Shown here: one piece after another, positions 28,924 to 38,254 of the stretch | How positions within the stretch are numbered: the stretch's first letter is position 1 | Layout of the letters: each line of letters starts with the position of its first letter | From: Lysobacteraceae bacterium | GTDB taxonomy: Bacteria; Pseudomonadota; Gammaproteobacteria; Xanthomonadales; Rhodanobacteraceae | NCBI GenBank assembly: GCA_021372495.1 | Contig: JAJFUF010000037.1 | Coordinates: forward strand, 4,231 to 68,230 | Length of the DNA: 64,000 bases | Direction: 5' to 3' | Made by a program: the position numbers and the translations under genes | The notes under the pieces: generated by a model | Databases searched by the model: none | What the model was told of the DNA's origin: nothing | The model's input: the letters and a program-made list of their open reading frames with translations, nothing else

Positions 28924-29697
28924 ATGCCCGAACTGTTCATCGACAAACGCGGCCGCGGCGCCGCGCAGGTGGTGCTGATCCACGGCTGGGCGATGCACGG
29001 CGGCGTGTTCGCGCCGCTGGTCGCCGCGCTGGAGGATCGCTGCACGCTGCACGTGGTCGACCTGCCCGGCCACGGTCGCTCGCGCGACTGCGGGCTGCCG
29101 CTGGAAGCCGCCGCGTGCGCGCGCGCGATCGCCGCGCGCACGCCGCCGGCGCTGTGGCTGGGCTGGTCGCTGGGCGGGCTGATCGCGCTGACCGCCGCGC
29201 TGGACATGCCGACCCAGGTGCGCGCGCTGGCGATGCTGTGCGCCTCGCCGCGCTTCACGCGCGGCGAGGACTGGCCGCACGGCGTCGAGCGCGACGTGAT
29301 CGAACAGCTCGGCCGCGACCTCGACCGCGACTACCGCGCCACGCTGGAGCGCTTCCTCGCGCTGGAAACGCTGGGCAGCGAACGCGCGCGCGAAGAGCTG
29401 CGCCTGCTGCGCGCCGACCTCTACGCGCGCGGCGAGCCCGACCCACGCGTGCTACACGAGGGCCTGGCGCTGCTCGACGCCACCGACCTGCGCGCGCGCC
29501 TGCCCGAGCTGACCCGGCCCAACGCCTGGATCGCCGGCCGCCGCGACCGCCTGATCCCCTGGGCCGGCATGGCGTGGAGCGCCGAGCAGTGCGAGGGCAG
29601 CTTCGCCTGCATCGAACACGCCGGCCACGCGCCCTTCCTCGGCTACGCCGCGGAACTGGCCGCCGCACTCGAACCGCTACTGTCGGAAATCGCATGA
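28924..29697 (+). CDS. bioH: pimeloyl-ACP methyl ester carboxylesterase
   Basis: 257 aa from ATG 28924. It is an alpha/beta hydrolase with the GWSLGG nucleophile elbow and sits between bioF and bioC. Confidence 0.8.
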   Translation: MPELFIDKRGRGAAQVVLIHGWAMHGGVFAPLVAALEDRCTLHVVDLPGHGRSRDCGLPLEAAACARAIAARTPPALWLGWSLGGLIALTAALDMPTQVRALAMLCASPRFTRGEDWPHGVERDVIEQLGRDLDRDYRATLERFLALETLGSERAREELRLLRADLYARGEPDPRVLHEGLALLDATDLRARLPELTRPNAWIAGRRDRLIPWAGMAWSAEQCEGSFACIEHAGHAPFLGYAAELAAALEPLLSEIA

Positions 29698-29746
29698 ACA
29701 TCGCACCACGCGACACCGCGCGCCCACTCCTGTCGAGGAAGCGCGC

Positions 29747-30631
29747 ATGAGCGACGCCCACCTCGACCGCCGCCAGGTGCGCCGCGCCTTCGCCCGCGCC
29801 GCGCGCAGCTACGAGCACCACGACACGCTGCAGCGCGAGGTCGGCGCGCGCCTGCGCGAGCGCCTGCCGATGCTGGAAACCGAAGTCGAGCGCGTGCTCG
29901 ATATCGGCGCCGGCACCGGCGCCGGCAGCGCCGCGCTGAAGCAGGCCTGGCCGCAGGCCGAAGTGATCGCGCTCGACCTCGCCGTGCCGATGCTGCGCGG
30001 CGCCAGGGCGCACCGCACCTGGCGCCGGCCGTTCGCGCGCGTGTGCGCCGACGCGCAGGCGCTGCCGCTGCCCGACCGCTGCGTCGACCTGCTGCACTCG
30101 AATCTGTGCATCCAGTGGATCGACGATCCGGAATCGCTGTTCGCCGAATGGCTGCGCGTGCTGAAGCCGGGCGGCCTGATGCTGGTGTCGACGTTCGGCC
30201 CGGATACGCTCATCGAACTGCGCCAGGCCTGGGCCAGCGTCGACGACGCGCGCCCGCACGTCGGCCGCTTCCTCGACATGCACGACCTCGGCGACGCCGC
30301 GCTGAACGCGGGCTTCCGCGATCCGGTGCTGAACGTCGAGCGCCTGACCGTGACCTACCCCGACGCGCCGGCGCTGCTGCGCGAGCTGAAGGGCCTCGGC
30401 GCCACCAACGCCGATGCCGCGCGCGAACGCGGGCTGACCGGCAAGACGCGCTTCAAGCGCATGCTGGAAGCCTACGACGCGCTGCGCGTCGACGGCCGCA
30501 TCCCGTCGACCTGGGAAGTCGTCTACCTGCACGCCTGGGGCCCGCCGGAAGGCCAGCCGCGCCGCGTGCGCGGCGCCGAGATCGCCACCTTCTCGCTGGA
30601 CAAGCTGCGCGGCTCGCGACGCGGCGCATGA
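29747..30631 (+). CDS. bioC: malonyl-ACP O-methyltransferase
   Basis: 294-aa ORF with the SAM-binding motif VLDIGAGTG. It is the last gene of the bio operon. Confidence 0.85.
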   Translation: MSDAHLDRRQVRRAFARAARSYEHHDTLQREVGARLRERLPMLETEVERVLDIGAGTGAGSAALKQAWPQAEVIALDLAVPMLRGARAHRTWRRPFARVCADAQALPLPDRCVDLLHSNLCIQWIDDPESLFAEWLRVLKPGGLMLVSTFGPDTLIELRQAWASVDDARPHVGRFLDMHDLGDAALNAGFRDPVLNVERLTVTYPDAPALLRELKGLGATNADAARERGLTGKTRFKRMLEAYDALRVDGRIPSTWEVVYLHAWGPPEGQPRRVRGAEIATFSLDKLRGSRRGA

Positions 30632-30737
30632 TTCCGCGCCCGCTTGCCCCGGGGCACCTCCCCGCGGCGGCAGGGGAAGGCGCACGGGCACATCGCGCCC
30701 GCCCCCGCGCATGCGAAGGCGAGCGCCCGGCGGTCGC

Positions 30738-31565
30738 TCAGAAGCTGTACTTCACCGTCGCGCCGCCGCCCCAGTCCGGGCTGCCGTCGGCGAAGCCGGC
30801 CAGCACGTAGGCCTGCACGCGCCAGGCTTCGCCGATGCGGTGGTTCCAGTACGCGGTCGCCTCGCTCTGCTGGAAGCCGGCGTCGGAGATCTTCTCGCGG
30901 TAGTAGTAGTACGCGCCGACGCTGTCCGCCTCGCTCAGCTTGTAGCCGGCGCCGAGGTTGGCGTTCCAGCCGTTGTGCAGCGGAATGAAGTCGGAGCTGC
31001 CGTAGTTGGTGTAGCCGGCGCCGCCGAACACGGTCCACGCGCCGAAGCCTTTGTACAGGTCCACGTTCAGGCCGTAATCGTTCTTGCCGGTGCCGAGGCC
31101 CTTGTTCTCGTCGGCGGTGCCGAACTTGACCTTGCCGGTGACGACGACGCCGAACTGCGCGGCGTCGTCGCTGTAGAGCTGGTAGGTGGCCTGCGCGACC
31201 ACGTCGCCGAGGCCGGACGCGGAGCCGGTGGTCACGGCGCTCGGCGGCGTCGGCATGCCGCCGCGGCCGCGGCCGCGGCCCTGCGGATTGGTGTTCTCCA
31301 CGCGGCCCACGCCCGGGATGACGTTGTTGGCGCCGCTGATGCTGATGTACGGCACGGTCAGCTTGAACGACCACGGGCCGGTCGCGTAACCGAAGCCCAG
31401 CGGCACGTCCCAGATGTCGGTGCTGGTGTCGGTGCCGTACTTGCCGGTGGTGTAGTCGACGCCGGCGGACGCGACGAACTTGCCGTCGTCGGCCGCGTGT
31501 GCAGCGGAAGCCGCGAAGGCGAGCAGGCCGATGGCGAGCAGGCCGCGGAGATGTCGTTGGGTCAT
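30738..31565 (-). CDS. outer-membrane beta-barrel protein (MetA-pathway/transporter-like)
   Basis: 275 aa from ATG 31565 with a signal peptide ending AAHA. It shows an alternating beta-strand pattern and a terminal KYSF. Confidence 0.8.
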   Translation of the reverse strand: MTQRHLRGLLAIGLLAFAASAAHAADDGKFVASAGVDYTTGKYGTDTSTDIWDVPLGFGYATGPWSFKLTVPYISISGANNVIPGVGRVENTNPQGRGRGRGGMPTPPSAVTTGSASGLGDVVAQATYQLYSDDAAQFGVVVTGKVKFGTADENKGLGTGKNDYGLNVDLYKGFGAWTVFGGAGYTNYGSSDFIPLHNGWNANLGAGYKLSEADSVGAYYYYREKISDAGFQQSEATAYWNHRIGEAWRVQAYVLAGFADGSPDWGGGATVKYSF

Positions 31566-31651
31566 GGGGTGGGGTCCTTCTGCAGGGGCGAAAACGTGCG
31601 GCCGCCGGTTCGGGGCGGCCACACGGGAAAGCTCAGGTTGCGGTGCAGCGA

Positions 31652-32350
31652 TCAGCCGCCAGGGCGACCGACGTGGTCGGGGCGATCCGGGCGTTGCGGA
31701 CGCTCCGGACGCTCCGGGCGATCCGGACGAGCCGGATGCTCCGGACGATCGGCATTGGCGACCCGGTCGACGCCGTCCGGCTTGCCGTGATCGGCGCCTG
31801 CCTGGCTCTTGTCGGTGTGCGAGGCGCTGACGACGGCGCCGAGACTGACGCCCAGCGTCTTGGCGATCTGGCCCCAGCCTTGTCCGTCGGCGCGCAGCGT
31901 CAGCACGCCGGGCAGCGTCGTCGTGCCGCCGTCGGCGAGCGTGATGGTGCCGCCGTTCAGCGCGGCCTCGATCTGGGCGGCGGTCGGATCGGTGATGCCG
32001 AGCTTGGCCAGCTCGTCCTTGGCCAGCGCCAGCGAGATGTTGACCTCGCCGTAGCCCAGATTGCCGGTGGCCGGCTGGAACGTGGTCGCGGTGGTGCCGG
32101 TGGTGCCGTCGGGGTTGGTGACGCTGGTGTCGAGCGTTACCGACGCGCCGTCGCGCAGGCCGTTCACCAGCGCCTCGGCGTTGCTGTCGGAACCGGCGAA
32201 AGCGGCGTAGGTGGTGGCGAGCTTGTCGGCTGCGGTCGAACGGGTAGCGGTCGACGCATCCGGCGCGTCGCTGGCCCAGGCCTGCGTACCGGCGAAGACT
32301 GCGAGCAGGCTCGCGCAAAGAAGCGAGAGGACGGGACGCTGAACGCTCAT
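31652..32350 (-). CDS. secreted hypothetical protein with C-terminal RPxRP repeats
   Basis: 232 aa from ATG 32350 with a GGAGG RBS and signal peptide MSVQRPVLSLLCASLLAVFAGTQAWA. The body is Thr/Gly-rich and the tail reads RPEHPARPDRPERPERPQRPDRPD. No family recognised. Confidence 0.65.
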   Translation of the reverse strand: MSVQRPVLSLLCASLLAVFAGTQAWASDAPDASTATRSTAADKLATTYAAFAGSDSNAEALVNGLRDGASVTLDTSVTNPDGTTGTTATTFQPATGNLGYGEVNISLALAKDELAKLGITDPTAAQIEAALNGGTITLADGGTTTLPGVLTLRADGQGWGQIAKTLGVSLGAVVSASHTDKSQAGADHGKPDGVDRVANADRPEHPARPDRPERPERPQRPDRPDHVGRPGG

Positions 32351-32726
32351 ACGAAACCTCCAGGGATGGTCCTGCACGGATTGCCCCCTGCGGCGAGGTA
32401 CGCCGTACCGCAACCGCGTGGCGCCATGCTCTGCGCGGCGGCCGGCGCGCGCAACGTCGTCGCCGCGCGCCGTTCAACGCGCGTTTCTGCGCCGCCACGG
32501 CATCTAGCGCACGGCATCCGAGGCAACCGCCGAGTCGATCGCAAATTCCGATGCGGAAGCGCGCGGGGCAGCGATGCGCGGTGGTGCCGACCATGCCGAT
32601 CACACGATGGCGCGCGCGAAAACGGCCGCGGCGAGATCAAGCTGGTCGCAAGCTACATTCAGCGAAACACGCGGAACGGAATGCGCGGCGCACGCATCGC
32701 GACCAGCCCGTCGCGCTCCGCTGCGC

Positions 32727-33299
32727 TCAGACCTCGTCGTGGCGGAAGCAGCTCACGAGATGGTCGTTGACCATGCCGACCGCCTGCATGAAGGCGTAGC
32801 AGATCGTGGACCCGACGAAGTGGAAACCGTGCCTGCTGAGTTCCCTGCTCATGCGGTCGGAGATCGCGGAGCGCGCGGGCACGTGGCTGGCGTGCACCCG
32901 GTAGTTGACGATCGGTACGCCGTCGACGAAACCCCACAGCCAGGCGTCCAGGCTGCCGTGCGCTTCGATCGCCGCCAGCGCGGCGCGCGCGTTGTCGCGC
33001 GTGGACACGATCTTCAGGCGGTTGCGGATCAGGCCCTCGTCCTTCAGCAGCTTCTCCAGCTCGGCCTCGCGCATGCGCGCGATGCGCTCGATGTCGTAGC
33101 CATGGAACGCCTCGCGGTAGCGTTCGCGCTTGGTCAGCACGGTGCGCCAGGACAGCCCGGCCTGCGCGCCTTCCAGCGTGAGGAACTCGAACAGCACGCG
33201 GTCGTCGTGCTGCGGCACGCCCCATTCGCGGTCGTGGTAGTCGCGCTCGAGCGCGCTGGCCTCGGCCCACGGGCAGCGCTTGCGCTGATCGGCAGACAT
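32727..33299 (-). CDS. tag: DNA-3-methyladenine glycosylase I
   Basis: 190 aa from ATG 33299 with Tag motifs CPWA, DREWGVP, FEFLTLEGAQAGLSW and CYAFMQAVGMVNDH. Confidence 0.9.
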   Translation of the reverse strand: MSADQRKRCPWAEASALERDYHDREWGVPQHDDRVLFEFLTLEGAQAGLSWRTVLTKRERYREAFHGYDIERIARMREAELEKLLKDEGLIRNRLKIVSTRDNARAALAAIEAHGSLDAWLWGFVDGVPIVNYRVHASHVPARSAISDRMSRELSRHGFHFVGSTICYAFMQAVGMVNDHLVSCFRHDEV

Positions 33300-33436
33300 C
33301 CCCACCCCCCTGACGAGGTCCGCGCCGCCTGCCGGCGGCGCCTGGCGCGCCTTTGTATACCTTTTGGAGCCGCGGCGCACGGCGCGATCGCCCCGCCGCG
33401 CTGGCGGCCCCCGGCCCGCTGCGGCAGACTCGGCGG

Positions 33437-34423
33437 ATGCGCGCGCCCGCCTTGCGCGCCGTGGCGCTCGGTCTCGCCGCGGCGCTGTTCTTCACCCTGA
33501 CCTACGTGCTCAACCGCGGCATCGTCGAGGGCGGCGGGCACTGGGCGTGGGCGGTGGCGCTGCGCTACCTGATCACCCTGCCGCTGCTGGCCGCGGTGCT
33601 GCCGTTCCAGGGCGGGCTGGGCGCGCTGCCGCGCGAATTGGCGCAGCACCGGCGCGCCTGGCTGCTGTGGAGCGGCGTCGGCTTCTTCGTGTTCGGCATC
33701 GGCCTGACCTGGGCCGCCGCCAGCGGCCCGGCCTGGCTGATCGCCGGCAGCTTCCAGAGCACGGTGCTGGCCGGGCCGCTGCTGGCGCCGCTGATCTACC
33801 GCGACGCGCGCGGACGCCTGGCTTGGGCGCCGCTCGCCGTCGGCGCGCTGATCGTCGCCGGCGTGCTGGCGATGCAGCTCGGCCACGCGCACGGCGCGCT
33901 CGACCGCGCCGGCTGGCTGGCGCTGGGCGCGGTGCTGGTCGCGGCGTTCGCCTACCCGCTCGGCAACCGCATGATCCTGCTGCACCTGGAGCGCAGCGGC
34001 AGCGCGCTCAATGCGACCCAGCGCGTGTTCGGCATGACCCTGGCCAGCCAGCCGTGGTGGATCGTGCTGGCGGCGTGGGCATGGTTCACGGCCGGGCCGC
34101 CGTCGCCGCGGGAGATCCTGCTGGCCGGCGGCGTGGCGCTGTCGTCGGGCGTGATCGCCACCATCCTGTTCTTTGCCGCGACCGCGCGCGTGCGCAACGA
34201 CCCGACCGCACTGGCCGCGGTCGAGGCGATGCAGTCGGCCGAACTGCTGTTCTCGTGCGCGCTCGGTGCGCTGTTCCTCGGCGAGCCGTGGCCGCACGGC
34301 GCGGCGGCGCTGGGCGCGCTGGCGGTGGTTGCCGGCATCGCGCTGTTCAGCGGACTCAGCGCGCGCGGCGCGGCCGGCGACGCGCGCGCCACGCGCGCGC
34401 TGCGCACCGACCGTGGCGCCTAG
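33437..34423 (+). CDS. DMT-superfamily-like multi-pass membrane transporter
   Basis: 328 aa from ATG 33437 with about 10 hydrophobic helices. The upstream part of the track ORF is an artefact. Confidence 0.75.
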   Translation: MRAPALRAVALGLAAALFFTLTYVLNRGIVEGGGHWAWAVALRYLITLPLLAAVLPFQGGLGALPRELAQHRRAWLLWSGVGFFVFGIGLTWAAASGPAWLIAGSFQSTVLAGPLLAPLIYRDARGRLAWAPLAVGALIVAGVLAMQLGHAHGALDRAGWLALGAVLVAAFAYPLGNRMILLHLERSGSALNATQRVFGMTLASQPWWIVLAAWAWFTAGPPSPREILLAGGVALSSGVIATILFFAATARVRNDPTALAAVEAMQSAELLFSCALGALFLGEPWPHGAAALGALAVVAGIALFSGLSARGAAGDARATRALRTDRGA

Positions 34424-34488
34424 GGTGCTCTGATCAATTCCGTGCAGGCGTCACCGGCGCTGCCCGCGCAGCAGCCGCCGGAGCGCGC

Positions 34489-35034
34489 CTACAGCATGCG
34501 CTTGAGCGTGTTGTCGCGGCTGACGAAGTGGTGCCACAGCGCGGCGAGGACGTGCAGGCCGATCACCCAGTAGAAAACCTCGCCGATGGTTTCGTGCACT
34601 TCCTCGAAGTCGTGCGCGAGCTCGTGGTTGGGCGTTGCCAGAAAGCTGGGCAGCGTCAGCCCGCCGAAGAAGTTCACGCTGTCGCCGTCGAGTTGCAGCA
34701 CGATCAGGCCGAGCAACGGCTGCACCAGCAGGAACAGGTAGAGGGCGAGGTGGGTCAGGCGCCCCAGCAGCTCCATCCAGCCGGCCGGCGTCGGCGTGAC
34801 CGGCGGCGTGCCGTAACGGGCGCGCGCCCACACGCGCGGCAGCAGCAGCACCAGCACGCCGATGCCGGCCCAGAAGTGGTACTGCTTGAGCGCGTCGCGC
34901 AGCGGCGTGCCCTTGGGCACGTAGCCCTTCAGCTCGATGAACAGGTAGGCCAGCGCGACCAGGATGAAGCCCAGCCAGTGCAGCCAGCGCACCGGGGCGG
35001 CGTAGCGGGGACGGGCGGCGGCGACAGTGGCCAT
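34489..35034 (-). CDS. cytochrome b561 family protein
   Basis: 181-aa ORF with 4 TM helices and conserved His contexts (RWLHW, HFWAG, HLALY, LAALWHH). Confidence 0.85.
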   Translation of the reverse strand: MATVAAARPRYAAPVRWLHWLGFILVALAYLFIELKGYVPKGTPLRDALKQYHFWAGIGVLVLLLPRVWARARYGTPPVTPTPAGWMELLGRLTHLALYLFLLVQPLLGLIVLQLDGDSVNFFGGLTLPSFLATPNHELAHDFEEVHETIGEVFYWVIGLHVLAALWHHFVSRDNTLKRML

Positions 35035-35192
35035 GGGCGCTCCTCGATCATGCGGTGGGTGCGGGCAGGATTCTGCCCGCTATGCGGACTTGCCGGAATG
35101 GGCTTGCCGGACGCGGCCAGCAGGCACGCGCGCGGCCGCGCCGGCCTTGACCACGGTCAAGGCCACCCCGCGGCGCAATGCCGCGGTTCGGA

Positions 35193-35600
35193 TCAGGCGC
35201 CGAGCTGGCGCCTCCAGTCCTCGAGGTTGCGGCACTCGCCGACCCGCGCGATGCGGCCGTCGCGGATCGCGAAGAACGCGCCGGCCGGCAGCACATAGCG
35301 CTGGCCGCGCGCCTTCGGCAGGCCGGCGGCGTCGGCGAGGTAGGTGCCGTGCACGGTGAATTCGGCGGCGGCGCGGCGGCCGTCGGCGCTGGCCATCGCC
35401 ACCACGTCCTCGACGCGCTCGCGGTAGCAACGCGCCCGCTGCACGAGGAACTCGGCGAAGCGCGCGCGGCCCTGCTCGCAGCCGCCCTGGTTGATGTCGT
35501 GGACGACGCGGTCGTCGAGCAGCGCGAGCATGCCGGCCCACTCGCCGCGGTTGAAGGCGTCGTAGTAGTTCTCGATCAGGGCGATGCTCTGCGCCTGCAT
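35193..35600 (-). CDS. SnoaL/NTF2-like fold protein
   Basis: 135-aa ORF with the typical N-terminal IENYYDAFNRGEW pattern. Confidence 0.8.
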   Translation of the reverse strand: MQAQSIALIENYYDAFNRGEWAGMLALLDDRVVHDINQGGCEQGRARFAEFLVQRARCYRERVEDVVAMASADGRRAAAEFTVHGTYLADAAGLPKARGQRYVLPAGAFFAIRDGRIARVGECRNLEDWRRQLGA

Positions 35601-35677
35601 GGCGCGCTCCGGGACGCTGTGGCGGGTGCGTATGATACGGGCATCCGCCCGCCGTTCCGCGCGCCCCGAACCCGCCG

Positions 35678-36556
35678 ATGCCCGAAGCCGACTCCCGCCG
35701 CGGCGCGCTGTACGCGCTGGCCGCGCTGACCCTGATCTGGAGCTACAACTGGGTCGTGATGAAGCAGGCCCTGCAATACTCGGGGCCGTTCACGTTCTCG
35801 GCGCTGCGTTACGTGTTCGGCACGCTGGTGCTGTTCGGCCTGCTGGCGCTGCGCCGCGAATCGCTGGCGCCGCCGCCGCTGGGGCCGACCCTGGCGCTCG
35901 GGCTGGCGCAGACCACCGGCTTCCAGGCGTTGGTGCAGCTCGCGCTGGTCGGCGGCGGCGCCGGCCGCACCGCGCTGCTCGCCTACACGATGCCGTTCTG
36001 GGTGGTGCTGCTGGCGTGGCTCGTGCTGCGCGAGCGGCCGAGCGCGCGCCAGTGGCTGTGCCTGGCGATCGCCGCGGCCGGCCTGGCCTGCGTGCTGGAG
36101 CCGTGGCGCGGGCTGGGCGGCATGCGCAGCACCGCGCTGGCGCTGGCCGGCGGACTTTCATGGGCGATCAGCGTGGTGCTGGCCAAGCGCATGTTCGCCG
36201 GCGGCAGGGTCGGCGCGCTGCAACTGACCGCGTGGCAGATGCTGCTCGGCACGCTGGTGCTGGTCGCGCTGGCGCTGCTGATGCCGGAACGGCCGATCGA
36301 CTGGGCGCCCGGCTACGTCGCCGCGCTGGCCTACAACGCGCTGCTGCCCGCGGGCGTCGGCTGGGCGCTGTGGCTGTACATCGTGCAGCGGCTGCCGACG
36401 CACGTCGCCGGCCTGACCAGCCTCGCCGTGCCGATGACCGGCGTGCTGCTGGCCTGGGCGATCCTCGGCGAGCGCCCCGATGCCGCGGAAGCGACCGGCA
36501 TCGCGCTGATCGCCGCGGCGCTGCTGACGCTCAATTTCGCGCCGCGGCGCCATTGA
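35678..36556 (+). CDS. EamA/DMT family transporter
   Basis: 292-aa ORF with 10 TM helices in two EamA-like halves. Confidence 0.85.
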   Translation: MPEADSRRGALYALAALTLIWSYNWVVMKQALQYSGPFTFSALRYVFGTLVLFGLLALRRESLAPPPLGPTLALGLAQTTGFQALVQLALVGGGAGRTALLAYTMPFWVVLLAWLVLRERPSARQWLCLAIAAAGLACVLEPWRGLGGMRSTALALAGGLSWAISVVLAKRMFAGGRVGALQLTAWQMLLGTLVLVALALLMPERPIDWAPGYVAALAYNALLPAGVGWALWLYIVQRLPTHVAGLTSLAVPMTGVLLAWAILGERPDAAEATGIALIAAALLTLNFAPRRH

Positions 36557-36602
36557 GCGCGCCAGCGGCTACCATGCCGCGAACGTTCGTCGACCACGCC
36601 GC

Positions 36603-37175
36603 ATGAATCCGTTCGAATACCTCAGCGTGATGATTTCGGTGGTGCTCGGCTTGGCGCTGACCGAACTGGCCACGCTGGCCTCCGGCCTGGTGATGCACCG
36701 CGAGCGCGTGCGCTGGGACTGGATCCCGCTGGCGTGGGCGCTGCTCGTCTTCCTCGCCATCCTGCAGTGGTGGTGGCACTTTTTCCGCTGGAGCGACTAC
36801 GACCGCTGGACGTTCGGCATGTACGCCGCGCTGGCCTGCCAGCCGCTGGTGATCTTCCAGGCGGTGCGCGCGCTGCTGCCGCATCCGCGCGCGGAAGGGC
36901 CGCTCGACCTGCGCGGACACTTCGAGCACAACAGTACGCTGTTCTACGCGCTCGGCCTGTGCAGCCAGACGCTGGACCTGGTGCTCATGGTCGTCGGCCG
37001 TCGCCTGCCGCTGGCGGCGGTGCTTTCCGAATGGACCTACACCGCGTTCTTCGCGATCTTCGCCGTCGGCATCTTCGCGCGCCGGCGCACCCTGCACGTC
37101 GCGCTGATCCTGCTGGCGTGGCTGGCCTACGGCTATGTGACCCTGGTCGCCGTCGCGCAGCCGCTGCTCGGCTGA
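36603..37175 (+). CDS. hypothetical membrane protein
   Basis: 190-aa ORF with about 5 hydrophobic helices and a Trp-rich loop (LQWWWHFFRW). No family recognised. Confidence 0.6.
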   Translation: MNPFEYLSVMISVVLGLALTELATLASGLVMHRERVRWDWIPLAWALLVFLAILQWWWHFFRWSDYDRWTFGMYAALACQPLVIFQAVRALLPHPRAEGPLDLRGHFEHNSTLFYALGLCSQTLDLVLMVVGRRLPLAAVLSEWTYTAFFAIFAVGIFARRRTLHVALILLAWLAYGYVTLVAVAQPLLG

Positions 37176-37196
37176 GGCGCCGCGGGAACGGGGCGC

Positions 37197-38150
37197 TCAA
37201 CGCCAGGGCAGCGCGTCGAGGTCGACATTGCCGCCGGTGAGCACCAGGCCGACACGCCGCCCGGCGAAGCGCTCGCGATGGCGCAGCAGCGCCGCCAGCA
37301 CGGTCGCGGCCGACGGCTCCACCACCAGCTTGAGGCGTTCCCACAGCAGGCGCATCGCGGCGATCACTTCCGCGTCGTTGACCGGCAGCACCTCGACCGC
37401 ATGCGCGCGCAGCAGCGCGAAGTTGGGTTCGCCGAGGGTGCCGCGCAGGCCGTCGCAGACCGTGTCAGGAGTGAACGCGGTCCAGCGCTCGCCGCGGCGC
37501 ATCGACTCGTAGGCGTCCGGTGCGCCCTCCGGCTCGGCGGCGTAGATGCGCATCGACGGGTCCAGCCCGTGCGCGGCGATGGCGCAGCCGCCGACCAGGC
37601 CGCCGCCGCCGATCGGCGCGATCAGCGCGTCCAGCGCACCGGCCTGGTGCAGCAGCTCCAGCGCCACCGTGCCCTGCCCCGCGACCACGCGCGGATCGGT
37701 GTACGGGTGCACCAGCGTCGCGCCGGTCGCCGCCTGCACCTCGGCCGCCTTCGCCTCGCGCGCGGCCATGGTCGGCGCGCAGGCGTGCAGCGTGGCGCCG
37801 GCCGCCTCGATCGCGGCCAGCTTCGCCTTCACCGCGCCCTGCGGCACCACCACGTGCGCGGGGATGCCGCGCGTGCGCGCCGCCAGCGCCAGCGCGGCGC
37901 CGTGGTTGCCGGAGGAGTGCGTGACCACGCCGCGCCGCGCCGTGTCCTCGTCCAGCGACCACACCGCGTTGCAGGCGCCGCGGAACTTGAACGCGCCGGC
38001 GCGCTGCAGGTTCTCGCACTTGAACGCGAGCCGCGCGCCGGCGGCGGCATCGAGGCTGCGCGAATGCAGCACCGGGGTGACGTGCGCGTGCGCGGCGATG
38101 CGCGCGGCGGCGGCGCGGACGTGCTCGAGAGTAAGGTCGAAGGCGGCCAT
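37197..38150 (-). CDS. fold-type II PLP enzyme (threonine/serine dehydratase or racemase-like)
   Basis: 317-aa ORF with the PLP Lys in AFKFRGA, plus HSSGNHG and a GGGGL loop. Confidence 0.9.
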   Translation of the reverse strand: MAAFDLTLEHVRAAAARIAAHAHVTPVLHSRSLDAAAGARLAFKCENLQRAGAFKFRGACNAVWSLDEDTARRGVVTHSSGNHGAALALAARTRGIPAHVVVPQGAVKAKLAAIEAAGATLHACAPTMAAREAKAAEVQAATGATLVHPYTDPRVVAGQGTVALELLHQAGALDALIAPIGGGGLVGGCAIAAHGLDPSMRIYAAEPEGAPDAYESMRRGERWTAFTPDTVCDGLRGTLGEPNFALLRAHAVEVLPVNDAEVIAAMRLLWERLKLVVEPSAATVLAALLRHRERFAGRRVGLVLTGGNVDLDALPWR

Positions 38151-38254
38151 GACCGCGCAGTCTAACGCTTGCGCCGCGCTTTAACGCAGGTCATACGCGG
38201 CGCCGCGGTCGGCGTGCTAGCCTCGCGTCTTTACGCGGCATCCGCAACGCCCCG

